Shown one piece after another: positions 50,022 through 64,000 of a stretch of DNA of 64,000 bases. How positions within the stretch are numbered: the first letter of the stretch is position 1; every line of letters begins with the position of its first letter. This stretch comes from Ostrea edulis (lineage: Eukaryota). The position numbers and the translations under genes were made by a program. Location: assembly GCF_947568905.1 (NCBI RefSeq), contig NC_079168.1, positions 30,690,001 through 30,754,000 of the forward strand, given 5' to 3'. The notes beneath the pieces were generated by a model, which was not told the origin of the DNA, made no database searches, and saw only the letters and a list, made by a program, of their open reading frames with translations.

Positions 50022-51883
50022 AAGAGGGACAATAAACAATATACAATCAATGTATAGGTTGTCAATCCTAGTTACAGTCTACTCCACTTATATTAAAGTC
50101 ACTTATATTGAAATATCTGTTATATTGAACTATTTGTTATATTGAAGTAAAAGTAAATCCCCAGTAACGTTATTTACCTGGCAACGGGTTCATCTTGTGG
50201 ATTCACCACTTCACTACCACCCTAGCTCCTACGCAATTGAATATAGTTTGACGGGCAGTGTCTGTTTTGTGAAATAAAATCATTTAATATCTTGCACATA
50301 AAATTCTTAATTATGTCAATGGAATGCACACATTGTTTGTGAAAGAATTGAAAAATATTTTAGAATCAGACATCGACCTAGCAGGTCTGCAACTGAATAC
50401 AGTTGGGAGAAGATGAAACTCTGCAGATATCAAAGGAGACACTGCATATCTTTCATTGAGTTTAAGATTTGTTAACATGTTTAATAAAGTATTAAAATTT
50501 TAGGCAAACAATAATGCCGAAAGACTTGTGAAATCCATCGAAATAATATTTTTTCGTGCATGAATACAAGGAAGGAGAGGGTTTGAACTTCGGGTTAGAT
50601 GAATTGGGACTTCAATATATTGCATATAACTTTCCGTGAAAGTAAATGATATGGTGATTCTTGAAGTAATATTCTAACAGAATTCTGACGAAAATATATC
50701 TGAAATGAATTAACGAACTCTATATTTGCTTCGTTTAAATAAATAAACAACAAACGAGTTAACATCATATACTTACACACGTGGTACATTTTTGCAGGAA
50801 TACTTCATGTAAACAAAATGAAGGAATAGGCAATCAAGATATTTGAAGACTTCAAGAGAATAATTTGTATTGATACCTGCTACAAATTGTGTCCTGGCTG
50901 TTACTGTTTTGTCTTTTGCGGTAGACTTTTGATATTTGACATATACCAATAACTGATCATTTCATGCAGATGTGCTGGGTACCATGGATCTTTGATCTTG
51001 AACCTTTATGTTCACACAACTTTTATTTCAGAAGCTTTTATGGGTAAATTCCTCCAGGCGATGTGTCATGTTCCTAGTTTGTGATGTCGAAATTCCATAG
51101 ATATCTAGTTAAGCATAATAGACTTATACATCTACATTTTGTTTTACCATGCTTTAAAGATTCTGAATTAAAGCTTATAAGACGGTGCTGTATATATACC
51201 ACACACACACACCACCTCTTGTTGGAAATCGTGGATGAGTCGACTCTGAGACCCTTGATATTGAACTTTGGAGATAATTAATGAACAATTCAGGTCGGTC
51301 GTCTGACTCTCAGTATATCCGGAGTAGACTACTTCATCTTCGTTAGCCAAGAATTTCTAACCTGTTACTCTCTTCAACCCTTAATTAATGAAGTTCAAGC
51401 CTCCACAGGATCTGTATGATAATTTTGTGGTAGTTCAAGCCTCCACAGGATCTGTATGATAATTTTGTGGTAGTTCAAGCCTCCACAGGATCTGTATGAT
51501 AATTTTGTGGTAGTTCAAGCCTCCACAGGATCTGTATGATAATTTTGTGGTAGTTCAAGCCTCCACAGGATCTGTATGATAATTTTGTGGTAGTTCAAGC
51601 CTCCACAGGATCTGTATGATAATTTTGTGGTAGTTCAAACCTCCACAGGATCTGTATGATAATTTTGTGGTAGTTCAAGCTTCTGCAGGATCTGTATATG
51701 ATAATTTTGTGGTAGTTTTGATCCAATCAAATATAGTGGTCATGCAGTTTATCTAAGTCAAATGTTTATACATTAACTGTAATATCAGCAAGTTGTTTTT
51801 AAAAATTTCATTATATATGTTTTTCAGCTGCACCTAGGAACAGCTATTCTAATGATTATGGAGATGACGAAGACTCAGACTAA
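38075..51883 (+). CDS. OSTF1: Osteoclast-stimulating factor 1 (SH3 + ankyrin repeats); exons 38075..38126, 38588..38634, 46059..46173, 47710..47801, 48419..48535, 49341..49419, 49531..49620, 51828..51883; 215 aa
   Basis: Translation: proline-rich start ([19 protein letters not shown]), SH3 ([37 protein letters not shown]), ankyrins ([43 protein letters not shown]) and acidic end DYGDDEDSD*. All junctions are GT-AG and in frame. Confidence 0.96.
38790..44420. repeat. Large foldback/inverted repeat in OSTF1 intron 2 (arms about 1.6 kb; right arm interrupted by about 2.6 kb)
   Basis: 38790-39400 pairs with 43760-44420, 39420-39900 pairs with 40680-41105, and 40265-40395 pairs with 40425-40612. 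The centre is near 40410. Confidence 0.8.
44740..45160 (-). pseudogene. Crypton-type tyrosine recombinase (DUF3504-like) C-terminal remnant
   Basis: Minus frame reads [40 protein letters not shown]...ISKMLS. This matches the S.RK ... GH.. SL..Y catalytic region of Crypton-derived recombinases, with an in-frame stop. Confidence 0.7.
45438..45917 (+). mobile_element. TRIM with 5S rRNA-derived LTRs, copy 2
   Basis: LTRs at 45438..45570 and 45776..45917, PBS TGGTGGCAGCG 45574..45584, PPT AGAGGGGAAG 45766..45775, flanking duplication CCAG. The internal region is homologous to copy 1. 5S-like segments are at 45506..45559 and 45853..45906. Confidence 0.88.
48141..48461 (+). repeat. 64-bp tandem array made of the OSTF1 exon-5 acceptor plus exon start, 5 copies
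   Basis: Exon-start copies at 48163, 48227, 48291, 48355 and 48419, each preceded by AG. Confidence 0.92.
48890..49265. repeat. GTACACA-core minisatellite (OSTF1 intron 5)
   Basis: GACAAGTTTGTACACAGAGTTAACTTGTACACA variants in tandem. Confidence 0.9.
49791..50050 (+). mobile_element. SINE-like element with (CAAT)n tail, copy 2 (OSTF1 intron 7)
   Basis: Homologous over its full length to 2138..2420, with the same 5' start (CCATGGGGATCC). Confidence 0.75.
51393..51715. repeat. 40-bp minisatellite x8, nearly homogeneous
   Basis: GTTCAAGCCTCCACAGGATCTGTATGATAATTTTGTGGTA starting at 51393 with 40-bp spacing. Confidence 0.95.
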
Positions 51884-53619
51884 TGGGATCAATACTGACC
51901 AACGGGAAAATCAGTCAAGCGGGACAGTCCCTTCATCATTGTGTAAAAGTTGAGGTTGACCCTTAAAATCCCAGCACTAATTTTGAAACAAGTGCTATCA
52001 GGTGGATAACACAGAGGCATTGTATATTTGTAGTGAGGTGTCCGCAATTTCTTGTTAGCACATTATATGTATTTCATTTAAGGTGACAGATCTAAAATGC
52101 ACTCAGTGTATGCAGTGTTAAGTCTTTTCCTTCCCACGTTCTCTTTTTTTTAAAAAAATGTGTTTTACATGTCCTTATATTTTTTTTTTTATGGAAAGTA
52201 TGCAACATTAAGTATTACAGAGTCTTCCACTTGTATAAACAGGAAGTTTAATGAAGTGAATCTCAAATTGCACTCTGTAGAACTACCTGGACTTCACACT
52301 GAAGAGAGCAACTTTGTTTGGTACATGTATGTTACATAAAATTTAGAAATGTGTCCAAAATTGTTGTTCTCAGTTTGTCATCTGTCAATATCATGAAATT
52401 ATTAATTGTTTTTCTCAATATTTCAATGTATTTGTTTACAAAATTCCTGTACACCTTATATTTAACAGCAAACATTTTACAGGGAACATGCATGCATGTA
52501 TATGGGACACATTATGAAAGCAAATCATGAGTACATTTTTTGATAGGTAGAAGTTTTAATGAATTGAGAGAGATATTGAGCAGCTAACACACTTCCTGAT
52601 GTCTGTGATTAACTTGTCAGTTTCCTTAATTTTGATGATGAGTCATAATAGTATTAACATATATTTATTTCCTGTGTATCTTTACCAGAGAATTTTCTCT
52701 CTATTGCAAACATTGAAATTTGTATATATGCGCTTAACAGCACATATATTTACATATTATAGAGTACCTGAATTTTTTTTTTTTTTTGAGACCAAATCAA
52801 AAAAAAAAAAAAAAAAAATATGTGGGACTTTTCAAGTTAAAAATGGTCTTGTAATGGTGCAATAAAATATGATAATTGTTACCTGTAATTTGTTCTTTGT
52901 TTTAATTACTGGTAGTTAATTGTTTTAGCACTCTAATTTCAGGGAATGAAATTAATTTTAGATTTAAGTCTTTATTTCTGACTTCAATCTATGCTTAAAA
53001 TAAATGCAAATTTTACTTATGACCACTTGCTCATTACATATTTACTTTGATGCCCAATTACAAAAATGCCAACTTCTCTTGCTAAACACAGTGAAAGCCT
53101 AGTCTCTGTAAGAGAAGCGTCTGTGACAAACACTGTAGGGTCATAATTGTACATTAACATCCATTTTTGTGCTTTTCAAACTAAATTGTGTGTTTTGTGC
53201 AAGAATCTTGAGCAGTGTAATCCAGCTTTAACTCTCAATTTGATGAAAATGACACATAACATTTTGTCACTATTTTCAATGGCTAATTTTTCAGTTTTTG
53301 CTCTAGAGAACATTCATGCGGAGACCTGAACAAATTTCCCATCTAAGCCATATATTTTTCTTTTCAGTATACATATCTAATGGGAAAATGTGTTTGTTCA
53401 AAGCTGCTCTTCGTGTTTTCTGACAGAAATACAATAAAAAAAATAAGCATTTAAACTCAGTTTAATTTATTACATGTATCCAGAAATTTTGTCAACTTTA
53501 AAAATGCTGTGTTCTCCAAATGACTGTAAATATCAGACAATTTGTGTGAAACTGTATTGGACATGATCACTTTAATAAAATATAGATCTATAGTCGCTTT
53601 AGAATTTTGAGTTTTATGG

Positions 53620-56600
53620 GAAGGATCAGAAATACCATTAGCATACAGAGACCAGAAATACTATTATCATACATGGATCAGAAATATCATACATGGATCA
53701 GAAATACCATCATCATACAGGGATCAGAAATACAATCATCATACAGGGATCAGAAATACCATTATCATACAAGGACCAGAAATACTATTATCATACAGGG
53801 ATCAGAAATATCATCATACAGGGATCAGAAATATACAGGGATCAGAAATACCATCATCATACAGGGATCAGAAATACCATTATCATACAGGGACCAGAAA
53901 TATTATACAGGGATAAGAAATACCATCATCATACAGGGATCAGAAATACTATTATCATACAGGGATCAGAAATATCATTATCATACAGGGATAAAAAATG
54001 CCATCATCATACAGGGATCAGAAAAACCATTATCATACAGGGACCAGAAATACTATTATCATACAGGGATCTGAGACACCATTATCATACAAGAACCAGA
54101 AATACCATCATCATACAGGAACCAAAAATGACATTATCATACAAGGATAAGAAATACCATTATCATACAGGGATCAGAAATACCATTATCATACAGGGAT
54201 CAGAAATATTATACAGGGATCAGAAATACCATTATCATACAGGGAAAACACAAATACCATTATCATACAGGGACAAAAAATACTATTATCATACAGGGAT
54301 CAGAAACACCATTACCATACAGGGACTAGAAATACCATCATAAAGGGATCAGAAATATCATTATCATACTGGGATCAGAAATACCATTATCATACAAGGA
54401 GGGACCAGAAATACCATTATCATAAAGGGATCTGAAATATTATACAGGGATCAGAAATACCATTATCATAGAGGGAAAGACTAGAAAGACCATTATCATA
54501 CTAGGACCAGAAATACTATTATCATACAGAGATCAGAGACACCATTATCATACAAGAACCAGAAATACCATCATCATACAGGAACCAAAAATGCCATTAT
54601 CATACAAGGATAAGAAATACCATTATCATACAGGGATCAGAAATACCATTATCATACAGGGATCAGAAATATCCTTATCATACAGGGACCAGAAATATCT
54701 TTATCATATAGGGATAAGAAATACCATCATCATACAGGGATCAGAAATACTATTATCATACAGGGATCAGAAATATCATTATCATACAGGGATAAAAAAA
54801 TGCCATCATCAAACAGGGATCAGAAAAACCATTATCATACAGGGACCAGAAATACTATCAAAAAGGAACCAAAAAATACCATTATCATACAGGGAAGGAT
54901 CAGAAATACCATTATCATACAGGGACCAGAAATACCATCATACAGCTCAGAAATATCATTATCATACAGGGACCAGAAATACCATGATCATACAGGGACC
55001 AGAAATATTATCATACAGGGACCAGAAATATTATCATACAGGGATCAGAAATACCATCATCATACAGGGATCAGAAATAGTATACAGAGATCAGAAATGC
55101 CATCATGACACAGTACCAGAAATACTATTATACAGGGATCAGAAACACCATTATCATACAGGGACCAGAAATACCATCATAAAGGGATCAGAAATATCAT
55201 CATAGAGGGACCAGAAATACCATTATCACACAAGGAGGGACCAGAAATACCATTATCATACAGGGATCAGAAATATTATTATACAGGGATCAGAAATACC
55301 ACCATCATACAGGGATCAGAAATATTATTATAGAGGGATCAGAAATGTCATCATGATACAGGGATCAGAAATACCATTATCATACAGGGAAAGAACAGAA
55401 ATAGCATTATCATACAGGGAAAGACCAGAAATACCATTATCATACAAGGAAGGACCAGAAATACTATTATCATACAGGGACCAGAAATACAATTATCATA
55501 AAGGGATCGGAAATATCATTATCATACAGGGATAAGAAATATCATTATCATACAGGGACCAGAAATACCATTATCATACAGGAACCAGAAATATCATTAT
55601 CATACAGGGACCAGAAATAATATCGTACAGGGACCTCAAATACCTTTATCATACAAGGAGGGGCCAGAAATACAATTATCATACAGGGACCAGAAATACC
55701 ATCATACAGGGATAAAAAATACCTATATCATACAGGGACCAGAAATACCATTATCATACAGGGGCCAGAAATACCATTATCATACAGGGAAAGACCAGAA
55801 ATACCATTATCATACAAGAAAGGACCAGAAATACTATTATCATTCTGGGACCAGAAATACCATTATAATACAAGGAAGGACCAGAAATACCATTATCATA
55901 CAGGGACCAGAAATACCATTATCATACAGGGATCAGAAATATCATTATCATACAGGGACCAGAAATACTATTATCATACAGGGATCAGAAATACCATTAT
56001 CATACAGGGTTAAGAAATATAATTATCATACAGGGATAAGAAATACCATTATCATACAGGGGACAGAAATATGATTATCATACAGGGACCAGAAATATAA
56101 TCATACAGCGATTGGAAATATAATTATCATACAGGGATAAGAAATATCATTATCATACAGGGACCAGAAAGATCATTATCATACAGGGACCAGAAATAAT
56201 ATTATCATACAAGGATCAGAAATACCATTATCATACAGGGGCCAGAAATACCATTATCATACAAGGAAGGACCAGAAATACCATTTTCATACAGGGATCA
56301 GAAATATCACCATTTTCATACAGGATCAGAAATATCATTATCAGACATGGGCCAGAAATACCATTATCATACAGGGACCAGAAATACCATTATCATACAG
56401 GGATAGGAAATATAATTATCATACATTGGCCAGAAATACCATTATCATACAGGGAAAGACCAGAAATACCATTATCATACAAGGAAGGAACAGAAATACT
56501 ATTATCATACAGGGAGCAGAAATAACATTATAATACAAGGAAAAAACAGAAATACCATTTTCATATGGGGATCAGAAATACCATTATCATACAGGGGCCA

Positions 56601-57165
56601 GAAATATCATCATCATACAGATACCAGAAAAACCATTATCATACAGGGACCAGAAATACCATTATCATACAGGGACCAGAAATACCATTATCATACAGGG
56701 ATCAGAAATACCATCCTACAGGGATCAGAAATATCATTATCATACAGGGATCAGAAATATCAATATGATACAGGGATCAGATATACCATTATCATACATG
56801 AACCAAAAACACCATTTTCATACAGGGACCAGAAATACCATTATCATACAGGAACCAGAAATACCATTATCATACAGGGAAAGACCAGAAATACCATTAT
56901 CCTACAGGAACCAGAAATACCATCATATAGGGACCAGAAATATCATTATCATACAGGGATCAGAAATACCATTATCATACAGGGAAAGACCAGAAATACC
57001 ATTATCCTACAGGAACCAGAAATACCATCATATAGGGACCAGAAATATCATTATCATACAGGGATCAGAAATACCATTATCATACAGGGATCAGAAATAT
57101 CATTATCATACAGGAATCAGATATACCATTATCATACAGGGATCCGAAATACCATTATCATACAT
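53620..57165. repeat. 3.5-kb minisatellite array, ~26-bp unit CAGGGATCAGAAATACCATTATCATA with variants
   Basis: Continuous periodicity; the ORFs called here are repeat translations. Confidence 0.95.
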
Positions 57166-57765
57166 GGTTTTTGTCTGTATTGGTGGTCTTTTGTTTCACA
57201 AACACGTCTCCTTGGAGGGATTTGATTACAACTGTCTCCAAATTATGTAATGTTCATTAGATCTAGTAGTCATTGAAAAATAAAATATCATAGCTTACTT
57301 ATTTAAACAATAAAATGCTTTCTTCATTGTTTCATCTGGTGATGAAGGTAGCAATCATTGTAGATTTTTTTTTTTACATTACCCACATTTTTTCTGCAAT
57401 GCTAACTACCTTCATTTTATTGTTTACTATTATATTATATGCATCGTTTTGAAATAAAAAACTAGATTTTAAGTACTAAAATACCCTATGGTTGACCCAT
57501 TCGTTACGTTAAATGGAACAGCCAATGCACCCTTTGACCTTGATGACACTCCATATTTGGTAATGATTATACAAGTGGTATTAAAAAACCAGATGGAATT
57601 AGTTTGCAACAAACATGCATTCATTGTTGCAGATGAAAGCAATGTCAATTTCAATATAAGAGAAAAGATTCAATGAATGTCAATATTTATGATGTAAATG
57701 TTGAAATATTGTGTGTCATTATATTTTATGCAGTTCAGTCTGTAACAAAACAAAAAATCAGGAAA

Positions 57766-59187
57766 AACAAGAGGCCCATGGGCCTAAAATCGCTCTTCTG
57801 ATACATTGTAGAACAGGCAAAAATTCTCACTAACCAAGATCAATTAACAAAGTTTGATGATGTTAAGTCAACTAGTACCTGAAAATTTAAATGTAACTGT
57901 CCAAAAGTAAGTCACGGTGACCTACTTTTGGTCGACACACTGAAGACTCAAGATGCATCAACTGACAAGTCAAATAGTATTCAAATATAGCCGTCAAATT
58001 CCAAAAATAGGTCATGGTGACCTACTTTTTGGTCGACACACTCCAAAGACTCAAGATGCATCAACTGACAAAGTTTGATAATTGAAGTCAAATAGTATCC
58101 GAAATATTCAAATATAGCCGTCAAAATCCAAAAATAGGTCGTGGTGACCTACTTTTTAGTCAACACACTCTGAAGACTCAACATGCATCAACTGACAAAG
58201 TTTGATAATTGTAAGTCAAATAGTATGTGAAAAATATTAAAATATAGCCGTCAAATTCCAAAAGTAGGTAACAGTGACCTACTTTTTGATCAACAAACTA
58301 TGAAGACTCAACATGCACCAACTGACAGAGTTTGATGATCCTAGCTTTCATAGTGTCCAAAATATGCATCTAAAATTGAAAATGTGAAATTTGAATGTCT
58401 GTAAAAAGTAGGTCACCTACTTTTTTTAATAACTAAGTTTCGAGGCCTCTAGACGCATCAACTTACAAGGTTTGATGATTCTAAACCTTCCGGTATCTGA
58501 AATAACAACCTAAAATGTATTCATAAAATTCAGAAAGTAGGTCATGGTGACATACTTTTCACATGACACACTTCAAGGTCCCATGATCCATCAACTGAAA
58601 ACTTTTGATGATCATAGACTCAAGTGTCCAAGATATGCATCAAAATCCATTTAATAATAATTACCTGCGAAATTCAAAAAGTAGGTCACCATGACCTACT
58701 TTTGAGACAACATGATATTAGGTCCTAAGATGCATCAACTGACAAAATTTGATGATCCTAGTCCTTATACTACGCAAAATATCAAAGTTTTAACAAAACA
58801 AAATTTAAGGTCAACTTTGAAGTGACCTTGAGACAACACCCTTTGCTCCCGGATGATGCCTTGAACAATTTCTTATCTACAACCTATCCTCATCCTTGTG
58901 CATAAGTTTGGTGATAATTTGCCCAGTGGTTCTTGAGAAGATTTTTTTAGCAACCACTACTTTTGTTTGCATTTTCCCAATTATCTCCCCTTGTTAAAGG
59001 GTCACAACCCTAGTTTTAGTACAAATGAAAGACCTTGGCCCAAGGATACCCTGTGACAAATTTGACAAAAATTGGCTAAGAGGTTCTTGAGATATAGCCC
59101 TTTTTCCAAAAGGTTGACGCACACCACACGCCAGACATATGGCCATATGATTAGCTCTTTGAGCCTTCGGCTCAGAAGAGCTAAAAA
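57766..59187 (-). mobile_element. HINE-type element with degenerate GGTGACCTACTTTT satellite core
   Basis: Ends are TTTTAGCTCTTCTGAGCCGAAGGCTCAAAGAGCTAATC (minus 5') and GGCCCATGGGCCTCTTGTT (minus 3' hairpin). Internal 120-180-bp repeats. Confidence 0.75.
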
Positions 59188-59687
59188 GGAATAAAGTATT
59201 TTCATATATTAACGTAGTTCCACACTCGTGTGACGTCATAGGATTTTGCAAAGTCAATAATTTAATGATAAGAACATAAATTTTGTTGGAATCTTTTTCA
59301 ATAGTTATTGTAAAAAATCTTGTTAGCCATAAAATAATTCAAAATTCTTAGTTATATTTGAATAGTCAATTATATGTTTCAAAATATTGAATCCAAGGAC
59401 AATAACTCTGTTTTCATTCAATTATTTATCAAGTCCATAATGCGATATATTTCCTTTATTTTTGACAAACATTTTACCAAGGTGATAAGGAATCATTATC
59501 TGTGTTTTTTCATGAAATTACATACAATTTTAATCCCGAGTGATTTAAATAGCTCAGCTGTATGGTGCCAGACTTCAGTTTTTGATGGGGGTATACATAA
59601 TCTGGAAGCTATAGATTTGAAATTATTAAGGAAAGGTATGGATTTTTCCCCATGAATAACTATAACAGATGTAACTCTACTAATATA

Positions 59688-61732
59688 AACAGAAATAAAG
59701 TGCACCGCCACGGCACATGATACGCCCGTCACATATTCTTAACATGAACATATCACCATGAAGAGATAGGTATGCATGGAACCAAATGTCAACCTTCCTT
59801 TAAGAATCTTACCCACTTTATGGCCTCATGTGACATTGCTTCAAATATTGATAATGTAAGCTTAATGATTTTTAAAAGGATATAAAAACATTTTCCCAAA
59901 TGTTTTCAATGAAATGATTAAAGTGCAAGATAGCCCTTTATCCAAGCAAACAACTTACAATAAATGGGAGTACTCAAAAAGGTTGATTTATTCAACATAT
60001 CAAAAAATACATATATCAGTATCTGCCTTTGTCAAATCTTCAAGTATAAAAGTAAAATATGCATGGTGATGTCAATATAAATAAATATAGATTAAAAACG
60101 GTTATTTCAAACACTGGTGCATCTCCTATGGTGTAGTTATTAATTAGAAAAAAATAATACATCATATATTTCTCAACTGGTTGTGTTAGACTTGAGAAAT
60201 GCACATCTGCAGCTTTGCTCATTGTATTTTAAGGAATGAAGAACAATGCACAGCGTAATAAAACATTAGTCATTATGTTTATTCTTAGACTGTAAAACTG
60301 TCATCTTAGTGAGACATGACAATCTGCACCTTGTTGTTGAGATATAAAATAAAAATATATTTTACAATATCATATTAATTCTTAAACTTTATACCAAATT
60401 AACTTTCAAAGTAATGGCTACCAATTAGAACTGTTCTAAAATTTGACAGATCAATTAGAAGGCCAGATTCCTCTGCCCAATTCCCGATTGCAAGAGATAT
60501 AGATAGCACCTCCTTGATCAGATTGCTGTAACAGAAATCTTCTAAACTCATTAATTAATCTGTAATTTGACAGAATGCAATTTTTCTGTTAGCAAAATGC
60601 CTCCTGAATTGCTTGATAATTACACCCATGGGACAAGGGAAATTTCTCTTGTTACTGACACAAAAGAAATAATTTGTTTGTTATATACTGCTGTATAGTA
60701 CAGTGTATATAATGAAGAATGTGTAGTTTCTTGAATTAACATTTTTTAATATGGTTATTGCAATACTATTTCATCTGTTCAGATTTACACAAATGCCCAA
60801 TCTGCAGCTTTGTTCATTGTATATCTTTTTTCTGAACAATGCCACAGCCATAACAAAACATCAAAATACTAATCATTAAAATAGGCCTTTATACATATTG
60901 CAACCATTTGTTGTCTTAGTGAGAAATGATACTCTGCATATAGGTTGCTGAGAAAAAAAATTAAAAATTATACAGTACAATGTCAAATTAATTTTGAAAA
61001 TAAAGACTAACCACAACAAACAAATTCACTTTCACAAATAATTTCTGGTATATCTGCAATTAAGAGGCTAAGATCTCTCTGCCCAATTCCCTAGAGATAA
61101 AGATAACACCTGCTTGATCATGTTGATCAGAGATGCTCTACACAAAACTCATTAATTAGTCTTGTCAAAATGCCCTTTGCATGCTACTCCCATGGGACAA
61201 GTGGAATTTCTCATGTTATTGTTAGAAACAAAGGAAACATTACATAGGCTAAAAAAAAGCTGTACAGTATATCATAAAAAAAATATGTGTTTTCTTGATG
61301 TAACATTTTTGAATGAGGTTTTCTACAAAACTCTTATATGAGTAGGGATTGTACCAATTATAACATACTTTTTTCAAAAAATCACTTCAACTAAATGTCA
61401 CAGTGACCTTAAAGTACAGTGCGACACACCTTCTACCTAAGATGCATAAGATGACCAAGTTTCATAATTCTAGATCAAATAGTTTTCAAGTTATGAGCCG
61501 GACAGGGTTTTACCATATTTGGCCATATCTTCTTAATTAAAAGTCACAGCGACCTGGTTTTAATGTACGACACACCTTCTACCCAAGATGTATCAACTGA
61601 CAAAGTTTGATTATTCTAGGCCTTATAGTATTTAAGTTATGAGCCGGACATGAAAAAGCTAACAGACGGACAGACGGACGGACATGAAGGCCATAACATA
61701 ATACGGCCCGTCTTAAGACGGGCGTATAAAAA
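59688..61732 (-). mobile_element. HINE-type element with two diverged ~590-bp internal units
   Basis: Minus 5' end TTTTTATACGCCCGTCTTAAGACGGGCCGTATTATG plus GTCC repeats. Minus 3' end TGACGGGCGTATCATGTGCCGTGGCGGTGCACTTTATTTCTGTT. Internal duplication starts near 60198 and 60791. Confidence 0.7.
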
Positions 61733-62724
61733 TGGTATGTAAACCATGTTATAAGGAAAATGCGTCCACATTTGTTTGTTTTTTAACATTTTGGGGAATA
61801 ACGCTAATTCAATAATTTTCCACATATTATTCTAAAACTTGATGAACATATTGAAAATGACATGTGTTTTAGTTATTGACATGTTTCCCGATAAATAAAT
61901 GCAATTCAAAAAATATTTTGTTGTTTTTATATTAAAATAACAACAAATAACTGTTTCCAATGAATTTCATAAAAATCTACATCGGGGTATATGACTTTAG
62001 TGGTGTATGTAATGAAAATTAATATGGAAACCCTTAACTGTTTTGCCTTTTTTCATTAATCTGAATGTTAATTTATTGATTCCAAACAAAAAAATGCTAC
62101 CTAAACCCCAAAAATCCAGGACCTACCTTAATAAAGTTTCATAACTCATACATATTCTGGGAAAGTTTTGGTTTGCAGTTTCTTAAAAGTTTACTTGTAT
62201 AACTTCTACACAAATGAAAATATGCATCTTCATGACTCAGCAATGTTCAGCGTAGGTTTAAGTTCAGATCCTCCTATTGAGTTCGTGTAGAACATGCAAC
62301 ATCATGGAATACACGGCATGATGTGGTACACTTAAGTCCGCATCTCTGTTTACCCAATTTCACATTTATTAATATATACGAGTTGAATATGAATCTATTG
62401 ACTTCAAAATAAGATCTCTTTGGCAGCAAGGAAATTTTGATACCCAAAAAGAGGTCTTGTCACAAGGAATTATCACGTGAAATATGAAAGCCCCATCACC
62501 ATCCATTCAAAAGTCATGGCAGTTTAATGGGTTTTTTTTCAAAAGTTGGTTAAATACAAATTTTGATTAAAACACTCACTTGAACAAAACTAAGTGGGAG
62601 AGATTGACAGATGTCACCATTAGGAGATTGAAAGTTAGCGACACTTTTCAGCCTACTGTGAAAGGATTTCGTGATTGACTTTCATATAATATGCAGTATA
62701 CCCATTCATTCGGTAAATAGAATA

Positions 62725-63048
62725 GCTTGTGTTCTCCGTGGAGTTCCTTATAATGCATCTATCCGATTCTATCAGTATACTACAGCTTACATCATAGAAT
62801 CCATCCTAGCTTGTGTTCTCCATGGAGTTCCTTATAATGCATCTATCTGATTCTATCAGTATGCTACAGCTTACATCATAGAATCCATCCTAGCTTGTGT
62901 TCTCCGTGGAGTTCCTTATAATGCATCTATCTGATTCTATCAGTATGCTACAGCTTACATCATAGAATCCATCCTAGCTTGTGTTCTCCATTGAGTTCCT
63001 TAAAGTGCAACTATCCAATTCTATCAGTATACTACAGCTTACATCACA
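62725..63048. repeat. 84-bp tandem repeat, about 4 copies
   Basis: Units at 62725, 62809, 62893 and 62977. Confidence 0.92.
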
Positions 63049-64000
63049 GAAATGACAGACAATGACTTGTTGGGCTTAGTTAATTTTATTTTACATTCGT
63101 GGCTGTCTGTAGCCCTGAACAGTTGCAATAGGTTGTGTGACCTGCAGACCTTGAAGGTTTCCAAAATCCTACAAAAGAAACAATAAAATCAAATTGAATG
63201 TTTTAAAACATAACAAGCATAGAATCTCTTGTGAAGACTATATAATTTCCCTGGTTATAATGTACTGTATACAAAGATCAGGACTACATGACAATCCACA
63301 TAAATCTAATGTTAGACTGTCTGATCTACACATAAGGTCAGATTGTCTGATTTATATGACAGTCCACATTAGATCAGATTAAATCTTTTCACCTGCTCAC
63401 ATCACGTATCCAACAATATCTAATAATAATGAGTGCCAATCAGAGCACAGCAATTCCCGAAATTTGGTGAGAGTTGATTGAACACAATTAATTCCCTAAG
63501 TTTGGTGAGAGTTGATTGAATACAACTAATTCCCTAAGTTTGGTGGGAGTGTTTGTATACATATACATATTGGTCTTCACATTCCTCAGCAATTTCAGTT
63601 TTATGGCAAAAAATCAGTTTGGAGAACAAAGCTTTCCATATCATGTTGCAAATCATACTGAAGGACAAATTCATGCATTGTTTCAATTACACTGCATGTA
63701 AAAGCTATGTTGTAGCATGAAACAGATCAACAAAGAGTTTGATGAGGAGGGGTGGGGGGGGGGCCTTTAATTCATAATTTTCTACATATGTCATGACACA
63801 TTCTAATCCTTTCCTTTCCACTAACACTCCAAGGAGACATATGTCACTGATTTGATTGGTTAACAAAGATTGTAACCTTGGGTCACCAGCATGTGACCTC
63901 AAAATGATGTTGTTTTAAAATTCTTTGTGCTTTCATCTAAGCAAATATGGATATGTTTCTTCAATTACAATGAGGATAGTCCGATTGTTAGGATTTATCT

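Noticed and set aside
50074-51330. Possible Tc1/pogo-type non-autonomous element (AGTCTACTCC at both ends)
   Set aside because: Inverted match only about 10 bp, and the TA TSD is not convincing.
51393-51715. CRISPR-like regular array
   Set aside because: Units are contiguous and identical with no unique spacers, no cas genes, and the context is eukaryotic. The same applies to the 73-, 64- and 84-bp arrays.
53607-57250. ORFs of 100-216 aa (RNTIIIQGSEI repeats)
   Set aside because: Translations of the 26-bp minisatellite in several frames; no splice or start context.

Overview
AT-rich, repeat-dense eukaryotic DNA. The repeat families (Helentron-type elements with satellite cores, Deu/Meta-type SINEs, Penelope-like RT) suggest a bivalve mollusc, probably an oyster; this is inference. 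Four protein-coding genes are supported. GCHFR (minus, 3 exons) lies head-to-head with an RMDN2/3-like gene (plus, 9 exons). A 447-aa orphan ORF lies in a single exon on plus. OSTF1 (plus, 8 exons) completes the set. The rest is mostly mobile DNA: RTE and Penelope-like RT remnants, a Crypton tyrosine-recombinase remnant, SINEs, Helentron-type non-autonomous elements, several very short MITEs with clear target-site duplications, a multi-kb foldback and many tandem arrays. The best candidate for a poorly described system is a miniature LTR retrotransposon (TRIM) present in two complete copies (5922-6443 minus, 45438-45917 plus). Its LTRs carry a 5S rRNA-derived Pol III internal control region, and it has a tRNA-Leu-type PBS, a polypurine tract and TSDs, making it a Cassandra/Ajax-like element in a mollusc. 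Also notable are four frameshifted decoy copies of an OSTF1 acceptor/exon start, and the GCHFR-RMDN divergent pair, which appears to mirror the human locus. All alignments and mismatch counts were done by eye.
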